Notes: generated from the sequence alone by a model not told the origin. Numbered from the stretch's first letter, positions 17,557-26,588 are shown. The stretch: DNA of 28,238 bases from a virus (IMGVR_UViG_3300020045_005584:1-28238); one strand, 5' to 3'. Made by a program: numbers and translations.

Positions 17557-18140
17557 AGGGCCTCTACCATTTTTATCTCACCATTATTTATCAATACCCC
17601 GTTATCAAATACCATACCTGTAATTGTGGTATCGTCGAAATAAGATTTCATTTTAACGTCATCTTTCCAAGTAACAACTTGATTAACAACTGCGGATATA
17701 AGTGCTGGAAAAATAGTGCAGTAGCCTGAAACATCCCTAGCAGAAGTTGTTAAATACACTTTGTCATGGTTGGCAAATTTTATGAAAGTCCCCTTTGGGA
17801 TCACATTCTCACTAACAAGCCTGACAGTACTTGAGTTTATGCTACCAGACCCTACTACTGACCCATTGCCAGTTCTATTCTTTTTTGCTCCGGGGTTCTG
17901 CGGAATAGAAACTGCTATAGTCTCAGTCAATCCCTTTGTAACCAGCATTACAAATATATCGTTAGCGTCTGTATACTGAGGTTTTAATTGAGTTGTTATC
18001 TCCCATCTCTGGGCAGGTCTTTTGCTCACGGACCGCTTCAACGACATAGAATCTGTTACAAAAGACGGAGAATTGCTCAGAACCGTAGTAGGAGAAACAA
18101 ATGTTGCAATGAGGTTATTGCCGTCATAAATACCATACAT
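17553..18140 (-). CDS. distal tail protein (Dit-like)
   Basis: Directly after the tape measure gene; AQRWEI, GTFIKFANHDKVY and IFPAL motifs as in T5 pb9-like Dit proteins; ends MVEAL. Confidence 0.75.
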   Translation of the reverse strand: MYGIYDGNNLIATFVSPTTVLSNSPSFVTDSMSLKRSVSKRPAQRWEITTQLKPQYTDANDIFVMLVTKGLTETIAVSIPQNPGAKKNRTGNGSVVGSGSINSSTVRLVSENVIPKGTFIKFANHDKVYLTTSARDVSGYCTIFPALISAVVNQVVTWKDDVKMKSYFDDTTITGMVFDNGVLINNGEIKMVEAL

Positions 18141-21100
18141 TATTTTATACCCTTCTCTTTATTGTGGGCGTTTACTCCTGTTGCTATAGTCGGGAGCATC
18201 TTATATATCTCTGCCTTCGTCTGTTTGCTAATATCGCCAGTAATACTAATATTAAACACTGCTTGACTGCCTACATCCGCCTTACCCGCAGCTCTTGAAG
18301 ACGAGGCCCCAAGAGCAGCCATTTGGGCTTTGGTAAATACGCCCTCGCCTTGTTGCAGAATAGCAGGAAATTCATTTGGCATCAAGCCCGAATGAAAGCG
18401 AGGTGCTCCCTGAAAAACTGAAGGATTAATAGGCCGACCTAAAGAATTGTAGTCACTTCCCACAACCCCGCCTGTATGAAACGAGAACCAGCTGCTGACT
18501 GTGTCTAGGAATCCTCCAAACTGGAAGCCCGTATCGGGGTTTACCCAAGAACCAGAAGCCGAGGAAGTTCCTGCCCCCAGCAAGCCCATCAGCGGAGAAA
18601 TGACAGCTTGCTTAACAGCAATCTTTGCTATATCTGCCATAATAGAATTGGCTAAATCGCTAAAGCTCAACTTGCCTGTTGTAACAAACGATACCAGAGC
18701 ATCTTCCATACTGCTAAAGACACGCTGAGTAGCTTTGTACACATCATTAAACTTCTCTTCGGTTGTATACGAAAGGTCAGATATAGCCTTACCCATGGCG
18801 TCCCATGGGGATGTATTAGATATAGTCGCTTGAAGTCTCTCAGTAACTTCTTTGAGCTTGTCACTCTTGTTTATAAGCTCATCCTGTGATTTCTTTACAA
18901 GATCATATTCCTTTACTAAGTCTTGCTGCTCGTTAATAATGCTCTTAGTTTTATCACTTACCTGATCATCAGTTAATCCCAGGCTGTTTGTTGCAAGTTT
19001 ACTGCGGATATCTTGCATCTCCTGCATAGATTGCCCATAAACAGCGCCTAACTGTCCGAGTTTGGATGCAGACTGCCCGAGTATTTTATCATACTCAACC
19101 TGAACTCTTCCAGCTTCCACCATAGCTTCATTATGCTTATACACCTCTGCGTCTATTTTTGTCATACCCACAGTCGCATTAGCCTTGACAAAAGAATCTA
19201 CGTCACCAATGAGTGTCTTTGCGTCTTTGTTCCAGTCTTTAGCAGAGTCTTTAGCATCCTTCATCTTCTCGATGTATAGATCATAAGAAGCCAAAAGCTG
19301 CCGCATAGCCCTGTTGGCCTCTTTGTTAGCCTCTGCCTCTGCTCTACGGTCTGCCGCAGCTTTCCTGTTATCAACTATCTGATCAGACGAATAGGACAAA
19401 TCTTTCTTCTTGGCCGCCTCCAGCTCCTTGCCGTACATCTGCTCTATACGCTTAGTCTCCTCGGCCCTTACCTTATCATAAGCGCCAGTTCCTGGTACGA
19501 ACAAACTCCCCTGCTTGCCAGAAGTTTTCTCAAGCAGTCTATACTCTTCCTCTTTCAGCTCCATAAACTCTTTGATTTTAGGAGTAACAAGCTCTTCATA
19601 AGTCTTCTTGTAATTGTTAAGTCCCGCCTTTCTAATCTGCTCAGCTATAAGCTGCTCACGGTTAGAGAGTCTTTCAGTTACAGACGCTAGATCAGTGTTG
19701 CCTTTGGTAGATTTTAATTCAGAGTTAGTTACAGCTCCAGCTGATGAAGCCTTGTTTAGCCTCTCAAGCTCAGATTTTTTGGATTCGATAATTTTCGTAG
19801 CATTATCGGCTACTTCATTCCAATATCCTTTTCTAAAGGTAGAGTCCTGCGCATTAGTTTGTGCCTTTACAAGTACATCCTGCATCTCTTTTATCTTCTT
19901 TTCTACCTTATCTATTTCAGACACAGGCTTATCCGCTCCACCAGACAGGAGTTTGTCAATCCAACCTCCAGCTGCAGCACCAACAATACCTCCTCCAGCA
20001 AAACCTTTCGCCGCCCCGCCAACCCCTGCCCGAGAACCAATAATTGTACCGCCTGCAGCCCCTAACTTCTTGCCCATTTCAGAAAAGGTTCCGTCACCTT
20101 CTGTAAGGCTTACTACTATGTTTATTCCTTTTGCGGCTATAGTAGAAATCCATATTAACTTATCTACTATAAACTGAAGGGAGTTTTTCATCTCTTCAGA
20201 ATTTACTACATCCCTTAGTTCTTTCAACATCTTAACAGAAGAGGCATTGTCATAAGACTCAATAAACAAACGGTCTACATCCGCCTGCAGCATCTTTAGC
20301 TGATAGGAGCCAGACTCTGACATAGCAGTTACTAGCTTGCCAAGTGTTGACGCAGAAGTGCCAGATTTCTCGAACTCATCCTGCAGTCCTTTCAACTCTT
20401 GTTTCCATAGCCCAGCACCTTTTTCAATCTCCCCTACCAATACAGATATACCTCTGCCACCTCTTTGCCCTCCAAGCTCATCAAAGAGTACAGTCTTCTG
20501 CGCTGACGTTAATTTTTTAGTTGCCACTTCTAAATCAGAAAAAAGTTGAAAGGGCTTCTTTACCTCTCCAGCCTTATTGTCAATAGCCGTAAACTGTACC
20601 CCAACTTCAGCCATCAATTTACGTGCCTTAGATGAAGGGTCTACCATCTTCTGCATGGCAGTCGCTAACTGAGACCCAGCCATTGACCCCCTCTGCCCAT
20701 TCTGAGCCATTACAGCCAATGCTGCAGATACCTCGATAAATGGGATCTTCATGGTCTTACCTATGGATGAAGCATATTTAAGGGCTTCAGCCATCTGCTT
20801 TACGCTAGTAGTCGTATCATTAGCTGATCTTGTTATAATGTTCTCAATCTGCCCTATGTTGGTTCCTTCAAATACAGACGCCTGCCCGACGACAAATTCA
20901 GTAGCTTTAGCTAACTCCATCTCAGCGTCTCTGGCAAAGATAGACGTTTCAGCAATATACTTATTTGCATCTCCAACCGATAATCCAGCTCTCACAAACT
21001 CTCTGAACCCCTCTGCTAATTCCATGGGATTGAACTGAGAGTTTTTAATCCCTAGGATCGATTTTTTTATATCATCGAATCCCAGCGCTGCAGGCCCCAA

Positions 21101-22210
21101 GTCTCTATTAAGAACTTCAATATTCCTGGCTACCGCATCAAATTCGCTGCCCAGTTTAACAGTCTTTAAGGTTGATGCTACTGTAGCGAATCCTACAATC
21201 ATGGGCAACATTTGGCCGTAAGTCATCCACAGAGCGCCTGCAGCACCAGAACCGCCTCTTAAAATGTTGTGGAATATACTCGCTTTCTTGCCTGCATTAT
21301 CCCAAGCATCCCCAAGTTTACCCAAAATCCCAGTATGAACTTTTACCTTACCTGACGCCTCTTCAAATAGACTCGCTTCTGCAGCAATTTGTTTGGCGTA
21401 GTCATACCCCCCTGCCTTTGATCCAGCAGCTAGTCTATCTCTACCTTGTTGGGAGTAGTCTGAGACAGCATAACTTCCTTGACGTAAAGCATCTCTACCT
21501 GTCAGATTCCTCTCCATAGATTTTGCAATACTAGCATTTTGTACGAACGCGTAAGACCTCTCTGCTGCTTCAGCTGCTTTCAGCATTGCGATATGATGCT
21601 CGATCATAGCGTCTTCAGAGGCATATCTACGCTCCATCTGCTCAGCTATGCTTGAGTTTCGAGTCTTTTGAACTCTGCGCTCCTCTGTCTCCTGCGCCTT
21701 CAGCATTGCGATATGATGCTCGATCATAGCGTCTTCAGAGGCAAGGGCCTGTATCTGCTTTGTGTAATCGACTCCCTTGTCGTAAGTTGAGGCAATCCCA
21801 AGTTTCTTGTATGCGGCTATATTTGTTTCAATGGCAGCAGTACGAGCATTGAGGCTTTGGACAGACTTGCTCTCCATCAAAATTTCTTTTGTAAGCGTCC
21901 CAACATATTTTTCATAAGCAACCTGCATACCGTTAACGGCCTGAGCCTGCGCAAATGCTGTGGCGACCCCCTTACTATGCTGGCCGCTGAAAAACGCCTC
22001 AATGCTCTTTTTTGATGCTTCAGCAGTAAGGGACAGCCGCTTCATTCCGCTGTCAAGAATGCTCACCGCCTGCAGTAGTTGCGTGTTTCCCGATTTTGAC
22101 GAAGTCCGCTGCCAGTGCATGAGTGCAGTCTCAGCATTAGCTAAAGACACAGCCAACTTCTCTACATCATCCTGCCCTCGAACATCAACACCTATAGCTA
22201 ACCTTGCCAT
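18140..22210 (-). CDS. tail tape measure protein
   Basis: Start reassigned to ATG 22210 (AAGGAG RBS). TP901-type core TTTSVKQMAEALKYA..GQRGSMAGSQL; lambda-type C-terminus MEDALVSFVTTGKLSFSDLANSI; FHTGG/PRFHSG/PAILQQGEGVF. Confidence 0.95.
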   Translation of the reverse strand: MARLAIGVDVRGQDDVEKLAVSLANAETALMHWQRTSSKSGNTQLLQAVSILDSGMKRLSLTAEASKKSIEAFFSGQHSKGVATAFAQAQAVNGMQVAYEKYVGTLTKEILMESKSVQSLNARTAAIETNIAAYKKLGIASTYDKGVDYTKQIQALASEDAMIEHHIAMLKAQETEERRVQKTRNSSIAEQMERRYASEDAMIEHHIAMLKAAEAAERSYAFVQNASIAKSMERNLTGRDALRQGSYAVSDYSQQGRDRLAAGSKAGGYDYAKQIAAEASLFEEASGKVKVHTGILGKLGDAWDNAGKKASIFHNILRGGSGAAGALWMTYGQMLPMIVGFATVASTLKTVKLGSEFDAVARNIEVLNRDLGPAALGFDDIKKSILGIKNSQFNPMELAEGFREFVRAGLSVGDANKYIAETSIFARDAEMELAKATEFVVGQASVFEGTNIGQIENIITRSANDTTTSVKQMAEALKYASSIGKTMKIPFIEVSAALAVMAQNGQRGSMAGSQLATAMQKMVDPSSKARKLMAEVGVQFTAIDNKAGEVKKPFQLFSDLEVATKKLTSAQKTVLFDELGGQRGGRGISVLVGEIEKGAGLWKQELKGLQDEFEKSGTSASTLGKLVTAMSESGSYQLKMLQADVDRLFIESYDNASSVKMLKELRDVVNSEEMKNSLQFIVDKLIWISTIAAKGINIVVSLTEGDGTFSEMGKKLGAAGGTIIGSRAGVGGAAKGFAGGGIVGAAAGGWIDKLLSGGADKPVSEIDKVEKKIKEMQDVLVKAQTNAQDSTFRKGYWNEVADNATKIIESKKSELERLNKASSAGAVTNSELKSTKGNTDLASVTERLSNREQLIAEQIRKAGLNNYKKTYEELVTPKIKEFMELKEEEYRLLEKTSGKQGSLFVPGTGAYDKVRAEETKRIEQMYGKELEAAKKKDLSYSSDQIVDNRKAAADRRAEAEANKEANRAMRQLLASYDLYIEKMKDAKDSAKDWNKDAKTLIGDVDSFVKANATVGMTKIDAEVYKHNEAMVEAGRVQVEYDKILGQSASKLGQLGAVYGQSMQEMQDIRSKLATNSLGLTDDQVSDKTKSIINEQQDLVKEYDLVKKSQDELINKSDKLKEVTERLQATISNTSPWDAMGKAISDLSYTTEEKFNDVYKATQRVFSSMEDALVSFVTTGKLSFSDLANSIMADIAKIAVKQAVISPLMGLLGAGTSSASGSWVNPDTGFQFGGFLDTVSSWFSFHTGGVVGSDYNSLGRPINPSVFQGAPRFHSGLMPNEFPAILQQGEGVFTKAQMAALGASSSRAAGKADVGSQAVFNISITGDISKQTKAEIYKMLPTIATGVNAHNKEKGIK
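21579..21743. repeat. 45-bp perfect direct repeat inside the tape measure gene
   Basis: 21579-21623 and 21699-21743 are identical (offset 120 nt) and encode ASEDAMIEHHIAMLK twice. Confidence 0.9.
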
Positions 22211-22226
22211 TTTAAAGCTCCTTAAC

Positions 22227-22259
22227 AAAAAAGGCGACGACCTCACTGATCGTCGCCTT
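22227..22259 (-). terminator. Rho-independent terminator before the tape measure gene
   Basis: AAGGCGACGATC-agtga-GGTCGTCGCCTT followed by a T run. Confidence 0.8.
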
Positions 22260-22263
22260 AGAA

Positions 22264-22614
22264 TTACTTCTGTTTGCGGTTTCTTTCGCTTTCTTCATAC
22301 TGCTGTTCCAGAACTGTTGAGCATATGTTTCTCAATTTCCCGTAGAAATCAAGTATCTCATCATCAGGAACTCCAGCCCTAAGCGCTATCTTTTCAACTG
22401 CTAAAAAGTTAAGCCCTAACGCCCCTCCTGGGCCAACAATATACTGATCACTGCATAAATTGTAGAGGTGGAGATAGGGCTGAGCGTCTTCCAGGAGTGC
22501 TGGTCTACAGGTTTCGCAAGGAGTTGGTTTTTCGTATGCTTGCCAGACTTTTACACAATCCTTGCAAGATGTTCGCCCCACCCCTGAAAGAAACTCGCCC
22601 CACTCCGTTAAGGC
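22264..22614 (-). CDS. tail assembly chaperone frameshift extension (gpT-like, CxxC..CxxC)
   Basis: The -1 frame from 22614 reads ALTEWGEFLSGVGRTSCKDC...PCETC..., then DQYIVGPGGALGLNFLAV (DUF1799-like). Confidence 0.8.
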   Translation of the reverse strand, partial: ALTEWGEFLSGVGRTSCKDCVKVWQAYEKPTPCETCRPALLEDAQPYLHLYNLCSDQYIVGPGGALGLNFLAVEKIALRAGVPDDEILDFYGKLRNICSTVLEQQYEESERNRKQK

Positions 22615-23024
22615 TTTTCCAGCTCCTCTTTAGTCGCTACAGTCTTAGCCAGCTCTTCTCGGAACTGGTCAATCCATTCAGAGAACGGTTTAGCCGAACC
22701 TTTCGCATCTTTGCCAAGGTCCGGATCATAGTTCAAATACCGCTCTTTATTGGCTTGAGTACATTTCAATGCGTTACCATTCTCATCAAAGAAACCACTC
22801 CAGTCTACAACTGCAGCCAGTCTAATGCGACGAAGCTGCTCCATGGGGGCATACTCCATCTCTGAGACAAACTTTTCATTTTCCTTTTTACCTAGCCAAC
22901 GGGATGTGTCGTTGTTAATTTTTTCAAGATCGCCAGGGGTGAGGTGCTGAATTTTCAGTTGAGCCTTGTCTTCGTCACCAGGAATAGGGAAGTACAGCTC
23001 TCTTTTTGCAGTTAATCTAGCCAT
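22608..23024 (-). CDS. tail assembly chaperone (gpG-like)
   Basis: Between tail tube and tape measure; VVDWSGFFDENGNALKCT motif; ends EELEKP at a slippery site. Confidence 0.85.
   Translation of the reverse strand: MARLTAKRELYFPIPGDEDKAQLKIQHLTPGDLEKINNDTSRWLGKKENEKFVSEMEYAPMEQLRRIRLAAVVDWSGFFDENGNALKCTQANKERYLNYDPDLGKDAKGSAKPFSEWIDQFREELAKTVATKEELEKP
22614..22620 (-). other. -1 programmed ribosomal frameshift site G GAA AAG
   Basis: One codon before the gpG stop. A -1 shift is in frame with the downstream ORF (22614-22581 = 33 nt). Confidence 0.75.
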
Positions 23025-23150
23025 CGAAAATCTCCTTAATAAATATTAGTCGATGGCACCATGCACATCAACCTTGGGGGCCTGCCTTAGAAAAACACCG
23101 CCCCATCAGCATACATGGCCCCCACGGTCATGCAGCGCTTCAGGGGCGGC
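23020..23150 (-). promoter_or_regulatory. structured intergenic RNA: terminator-like long hairpin, competing pairing, and start-codon-sequestering stem
   Basis: GCCGCCCC/GGGGCGGT stem plus GTTTTT; ACCGTGGGGGCC complementary to downstream GGCCCCCAAGGT (11/12); GCCATCGA/TCGATGGC stem covers the chaperone ATG. Confidence 0.6.
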
Positions 23151-23161
23151 GAGGAGGGTCA

Positions 23162-23926
23162 TTAGAAAGTATCGTCTACCTCAATCGGGACGGCACCATG
23201 AAGCTGAATTGTTGCTGCTGCAGAAGTAGTTGGCAGCGAAGCCTCATCACCTACAGCATCCTCGAATGTGAGCGTTGATGCAGACACAGTCTTTACCTTC
23301 AGATAATACACCGTGTCGAGATGCGCGGTTACACCGAAAACTAAAACCGTGTCTCCGACTGCAAATCCAAGGTCAGCATCAAAAGCGTGATTCACAGTAT
23401 CAGACGAAGTTGCAGTAGCACTAACACCGTCACCGCCTGCAGTTAGAGAGAAGATGGCTGTAGATGCTTTGGCATGTTTGGTAAAAAAGATGTGAGACCC
23501 ACCGATAACCAGCGTACAAGTACCAGTGAATACTTCATTCTTTTGCGCAGTAGGGTTAGAGAACGTACCTACCATCATACCGCCAGAAGGATCGTTGATC
23601 TTGTCCAATGCCGCAAAATCCTCGGCATCAATCCAGAACCACATATCCTGAATCAGCGTACCTTTTCTTGAAGCAGTCATCAAGTACTGCTGCGTTGGAT
23701 CATTCTTCCTGAAATAGTAGGAAGCCTGAAGATCCTCATACTCAAGTCCTGATGCTACCTTGGTAGCAATCCGAGTTCCAATTTCAGATACAGTTACAGT
23801 AGAGCCAGTAGCGCCCAGCGGAAGACCCATGCCTTGAAGTCCTCTAACAGTATCTTGGGTAGTTTTGCCGGAATTGATGGTAATCTTAGCCGCTTGGCAG
23901 ACTACAACTTGTCCGTCTATTGCCAT
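23162..23926 (-). CDS. major tail tube protein
   Basis: AGGAGG RBS and its own promoter; between tail terminator and chaperone; DPTQQYLM; about 100-aa C-terminal accessory domain. Confidence 0.85.
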   Translation of the reverse strand: MAIDGQVVVCQAAKITINSGKTTQDTVRGLQGMGLPLGATGSTVTVSEIGTRIATKVASGLEYEDLQASYYFRKNDPTQQYLMTASRKGTLIQDMWFWIDAEDFAALDKINDPSGGMMVGTFSNPTAQKNEVFTGTCTLVIGGSHIFFTKHAKASTAIFSLTAGGDGVSATATSSDTVNHAFDADLGFAVGDTVLVFGVTAHLDTVYYLKVKTVSASTLTFEDAVGDEASLPTTSAAATIQLHGAVPIEVDDTF

Positions 23927-24003
23927 GATGTTTCCTCCTGATTATGTAGATTAGATTGCAGCCTGCAGCTACAACACCGATTTTTAATTTTTAGTTTCAT
24001 TTA

Positions 24004-24032
24004 ACGATACTCGACCGCAGAAAAATTGTCAA
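24004..24032 (-). promoter_or_regulatory. sigma70-like promoter for the tail tube gene
   Basis: TTGACA-N17-TATCGT in the intergenic gap. Confidence 0.65.
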
Positions 24033-24434
24033 TTACACCATGAACGGAATTACGTGCATGTGCCCGACAATCCCAGGAGCTGGAGAAACATCAAGGATTT
24101 TCAGCCCATAATATGTGACGCCTGAAACCTTACGGTTGCACAAACCGGACCTCAACATTTCTGAATAGGCCCAAGACCCTGTCAATCCAGTTCCGGCAGG
24201 GCGGAGATAGGATACCAGAAGCTCGCCTTTGACCATGTCATCAATAGCGGTAACATCTGCAATCTCCGTGCCGAAACGAAAAGATAGTTGGACGCTAACA
24301 AATGGCCCGGTCAACGACTCAGCATCTACAGTAGAGAAGTTCGGCCAATTGATGGGGATGGCTGAGAATGAGGCATTGTGAAGAGCCTTAAACGCTGAAA
24401 AACATGCCTGTCTTACGTCTTCAAGTCCGTTCAT
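24033..24434 (-). CDS. tail terminator protein
   Basis: Position before the tail tube gene; INWPN, FVSVQL, GELLV..PAGTG and terminal IPF pattern. Confidence 0.7.
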   Translation of the reverse strand: MNGLEDVRQACFSAFKALHNASFSAIPINWPNFSTVDAESLTGPFVSVQLSFRFGTEIADVTAIDDMVKGELLVSYLRPAGTGLTGSWAYSEMLRSGLCNRKVSGVTYYGLKILDVSPAPGIVGHMHVIPFMV

Positions 24435-24910
24435 TTTAAGAAATCTACCTCAATATCTAAAGTTGCTACTCTCGCTTCAAACCTTTTTAGCGCTCCAGGC
24501 GGAGTATTCTCTGGGCGCACTGGGCCTTCCTCCGCTCTATCGTAACCAGGAGCGTCATTAGATACTATGATGTCTTGGTTTTTTATTTTCCTAAAGTCCC
24601 CTGTTAAAGAAGTCCTTGCCTTATCCATAGCTACATTACAGGCAGCTTCCGCACCTTTACTTAACGCCTCTTCTCTATTCCGATCAGGTTGGTTTTCTAC
24701 TGAACCTGTAATATCTGAAGGGAATCCAATCTCCCAGCTCGCAGCAGTAGTACCAGTCCACTGCGGGGTTTCCCTGACAAGCGTATCGAACTCCTCAAGT
24801 AATGTTTCTTTTAATGCGGCCCCAGCTCTGTTATAAATAGAGTTTGGTCCGCGAGTCAGTGCCCCTAGTTCTCTTATAGCTGCTCCAACATCACTCTTAA
24901 AGTTTATCAT
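24431..24910 (-). CDS. tail completion / neck protein (HK97 gp10-like)
   Basis: TPQWTGTTAASWEIG (variant of TPVDTG..R.SW) and VSNDAPG; position in the head-tail block. Confidence 0.7.
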   Translation of the reverse strand: MINFKSDVGAAIRELGALTRGPNSIYNRAGAALKETLLEEFDTLVRETPQWTGTTAASWEIGFPSDITGSVENQPDRNREEALSKGAEAACNVAMDKARTSLTGDFRKIKNQDIIVSNDAPGYDRAEEGPVRPENTPPGALKRFEARVATLDIEVDFLK

Positions 24911-24911
24911 G

Positions 24912-25739
24912 TTATTTCCTACAATGGCAGGAGAATGAAGTGTCAGGTAGAATATCTATAGAGAGTATTTTGTATTCTCCGATAGTATCACCAGCTTTTG
25001 GAGTAACTGAGGGCTTAAAAGTTATATTCTTGTCTCCGGGCTTTACCTGTGAATGTCGTTCTGAAGTATGGTCATAGCAGTAGTAAGCATCTTCAACAAA
25101 AACTGGGGTATTGACGAACGACGCTCCATTAACTATGGAATCTGTTACAACATCATAACCTGAAATTTGTGTGTAGGTAACAGCCCTGACGGGGCTGCTC
25201 AGTAGTATAACTTCAGCATTCTTGAACCCAGCTCCATCAATATAAGCGTCACTTTTAACCCTATAGTAACTACCGCCTTTAGAGATAACCTGCCCTTTAG
25301 CCACGGACTCTAGCGATTGAAAAAACGCTGTCATAATAGTGACTGCAGAGGAAGTCTCTGCATCAGCTACAGAGTTTTTAGTCTGGTCTAATGCAACATA
25401 AACGCTACTTGAAGGTACAGTACTAGCTAGTATTTGAAGTATTGAGGATACTTTGTACGCCTCACAAGGTATAACCGGGTATTTTATCCTTATTGCCACT
25501 CCTCTGTGAAAGTCGAGGTTAGGGCTTCCAGCTATATACGCCTGTCCACTTAGAGAGACACAATTACTGCTAAACATGGCGTATGTAGGTAGAGTCTCTA
25601 ACAGCCTTCTTCTTGTAGACTCGCCAGAACTTTTCTCATCATCATATACTGACAACCTGCCTTTTAGTGACCCACCAATGCCTGATGGGTCACTAAAGGT
25701 ATCAGTTGTAAAGCGATCTATAGCCTTTTGGATGTTCAT
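24912..25739 (-). CDS. head closure / head-tail joining protein
   Basis: Position; YDVVTD, VKPGDK and KAGDTI..YKILSI resemble stopper-type beta-barrels. Confidence 0.55.
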   Translation of the reverse strand: MNIQKAIDRFTTDTFSDPSGIGGSLKGRLSVYDDEKSSGESTRRRLLETLPTYAMFSSNCVSLSGQAYIAGSPNLDFHRGVAIRIKYPVIPCEAYKVSSILQILASTVPSSSVYVALDQTKNSVADAETSSAVTIMTAFFQSLESVAKGQVISKGGSYYRVKSDAYIDGAGFKNAEVILLSSPVRAVTYTQISGYDVVTDSIVNGASFVNTPVFVEDAYYCYDHTSERHSQVKPGDKNITFKPSVTPKAGDTIGEYKILSIDILPDTSFSCHCRK

Positions 25740-26224
25740 TGGTTAGTTACCAAATCAGTACTTGGGCTAACAGCTGTTAATCCGGGGACGGTTGAGACAG
25801 AAGTACCACCAAGCAGCACATCCAGCTCTCCTGTTAACCCAGCCAGACGTATCCGTATATTCTTAACTACGTCTTTAAACGTAGCTTCAGAGGAGAACCT
25901 AGACTGTGAGGCTTTCCCGTCGCTATCAGATTTGAGTGCAAACATGCTGATGCTCTGGCAGCAAACCTCAGCAACAACATAGGTTGCAAACTCTCGGATA
26001 GAGTCATAGATAGCTTCCTCACCATCAGTCATCGATTGAGGATCAAGAGCATCGTATCGAGATGCAAGAGTCGTGCCTGAATCATCAACAAATCCGCGAA
26101 CTGCTCTTTGCAGCGCCGCAGAAAAAACAGAAAGGGCGAGTGTGGAGTCAGGCAATTCAATCGCATCAACCCCTAACACTGCCCTAATATCTGCGTAAGT
26201 GGTATAGTCAGTGACTGCAATCAC
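25736..26224 (-). CDS. head-tail adaptor protein
   Basis: YTTYADIRAVLGV..ELPD N-terminus typical of adaptor (gp6/gp15-like) proteins; position after the capsid genes. Confidence 0.65.
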   Translation of the reverse strand: MIAVTDYTTYADIRAVLGVDAIELPDSTLALSVFSAALQRAVRGFVDDSGTTLASRYDALDPQSMTDGEEAIYDSIREFATYVVAEVCCQSISMFALKSDSDGKASQSRFSSEATFKDVVKNIRIRLAGLTGELDVLLGGTSVSTVPGLTAVSPSTDLVTNQ

Positions 26225-26557
26225 TTATACCACCTTTACTAAACCGGCTTCAATCTGGCACTTCAGCCAACTATCCATAACCATCTCTATGCCTTCGGGG
26301 CAATCCATTAGCTCTGGCACCCACCGACGTTGATAGGGATGATAGAGTGGAGACACATATTCTGCCATACCAACCGTAACTGTCTCTTTGCTGGTTGGCA
26401 TCTGCTTAGGCATTTTGGCCTCTTCAGCTGCCTTGGCCTCTTCAGCTGCCTTGGCCTCTTCAGCTGCCTTGGCCTCTTCAGCTGCCTTGGCCTCTTCAGC
26501 TGCCTTGGCTGCCGCGATCTCAGTATTCAATTTTTCGATGTCAGTTTTAGCAGCCAC
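26225..26557 (-). CDS. hypothetical head-associated protein with (AAEEAK)5 repeat
   Basis: Start reassigned to GTG 26557, which has AAGGAGG 5 nt upstream. ATG 26599 sits at a terminator U-tract with no RBS. C-terminus MDSWLKCQIEAGLVKVV. Confidence 0.7.
   Translation of the reverse strand: MAAKTDIEKLNTEIAAAKAAEEAKAAEEAKAAEEAKAAEEAKAAEEAKMPKQMPTSKETVTVGMAEYVSPLYHPYQRRWVPELMDCPEGIEMVMDSWLKCQIEAGLVKVV
26415..26504. repeat. 18-bp perfect tandem repeat x5
   Basis: TTGGCCTCTTCAGCTGCC occurs five times, with a partial sixth copy to 26509. Confidence 0.95.
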
Positions 26558-26588
26558 CTTTGCCTCCTTTCTTACCTTTCTTAGCCAT
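26547..26588 (-). CDS. putative 13-aa basic micropeptide MAKKGKKGGKGGC
   Basis: GGAGGG RBS then ATG GCT AAG AAA GGT AAG AAA GGA GGC AAA GGT GGC TGC TAA. Confidence 0.45.
   Translation of the reverse strand: MAKKGKKGGKGGC

Noticed and set aside
19614-22382. Several + strand ORFs of 60-187 aa within the tape measure gene
   Set aside because: Antisense shadows of a long coding frame.
26415-26509. Possible CRISPR array
   Set aside because: The repeats are contiguous with no spacers and are in frame within a CDS.
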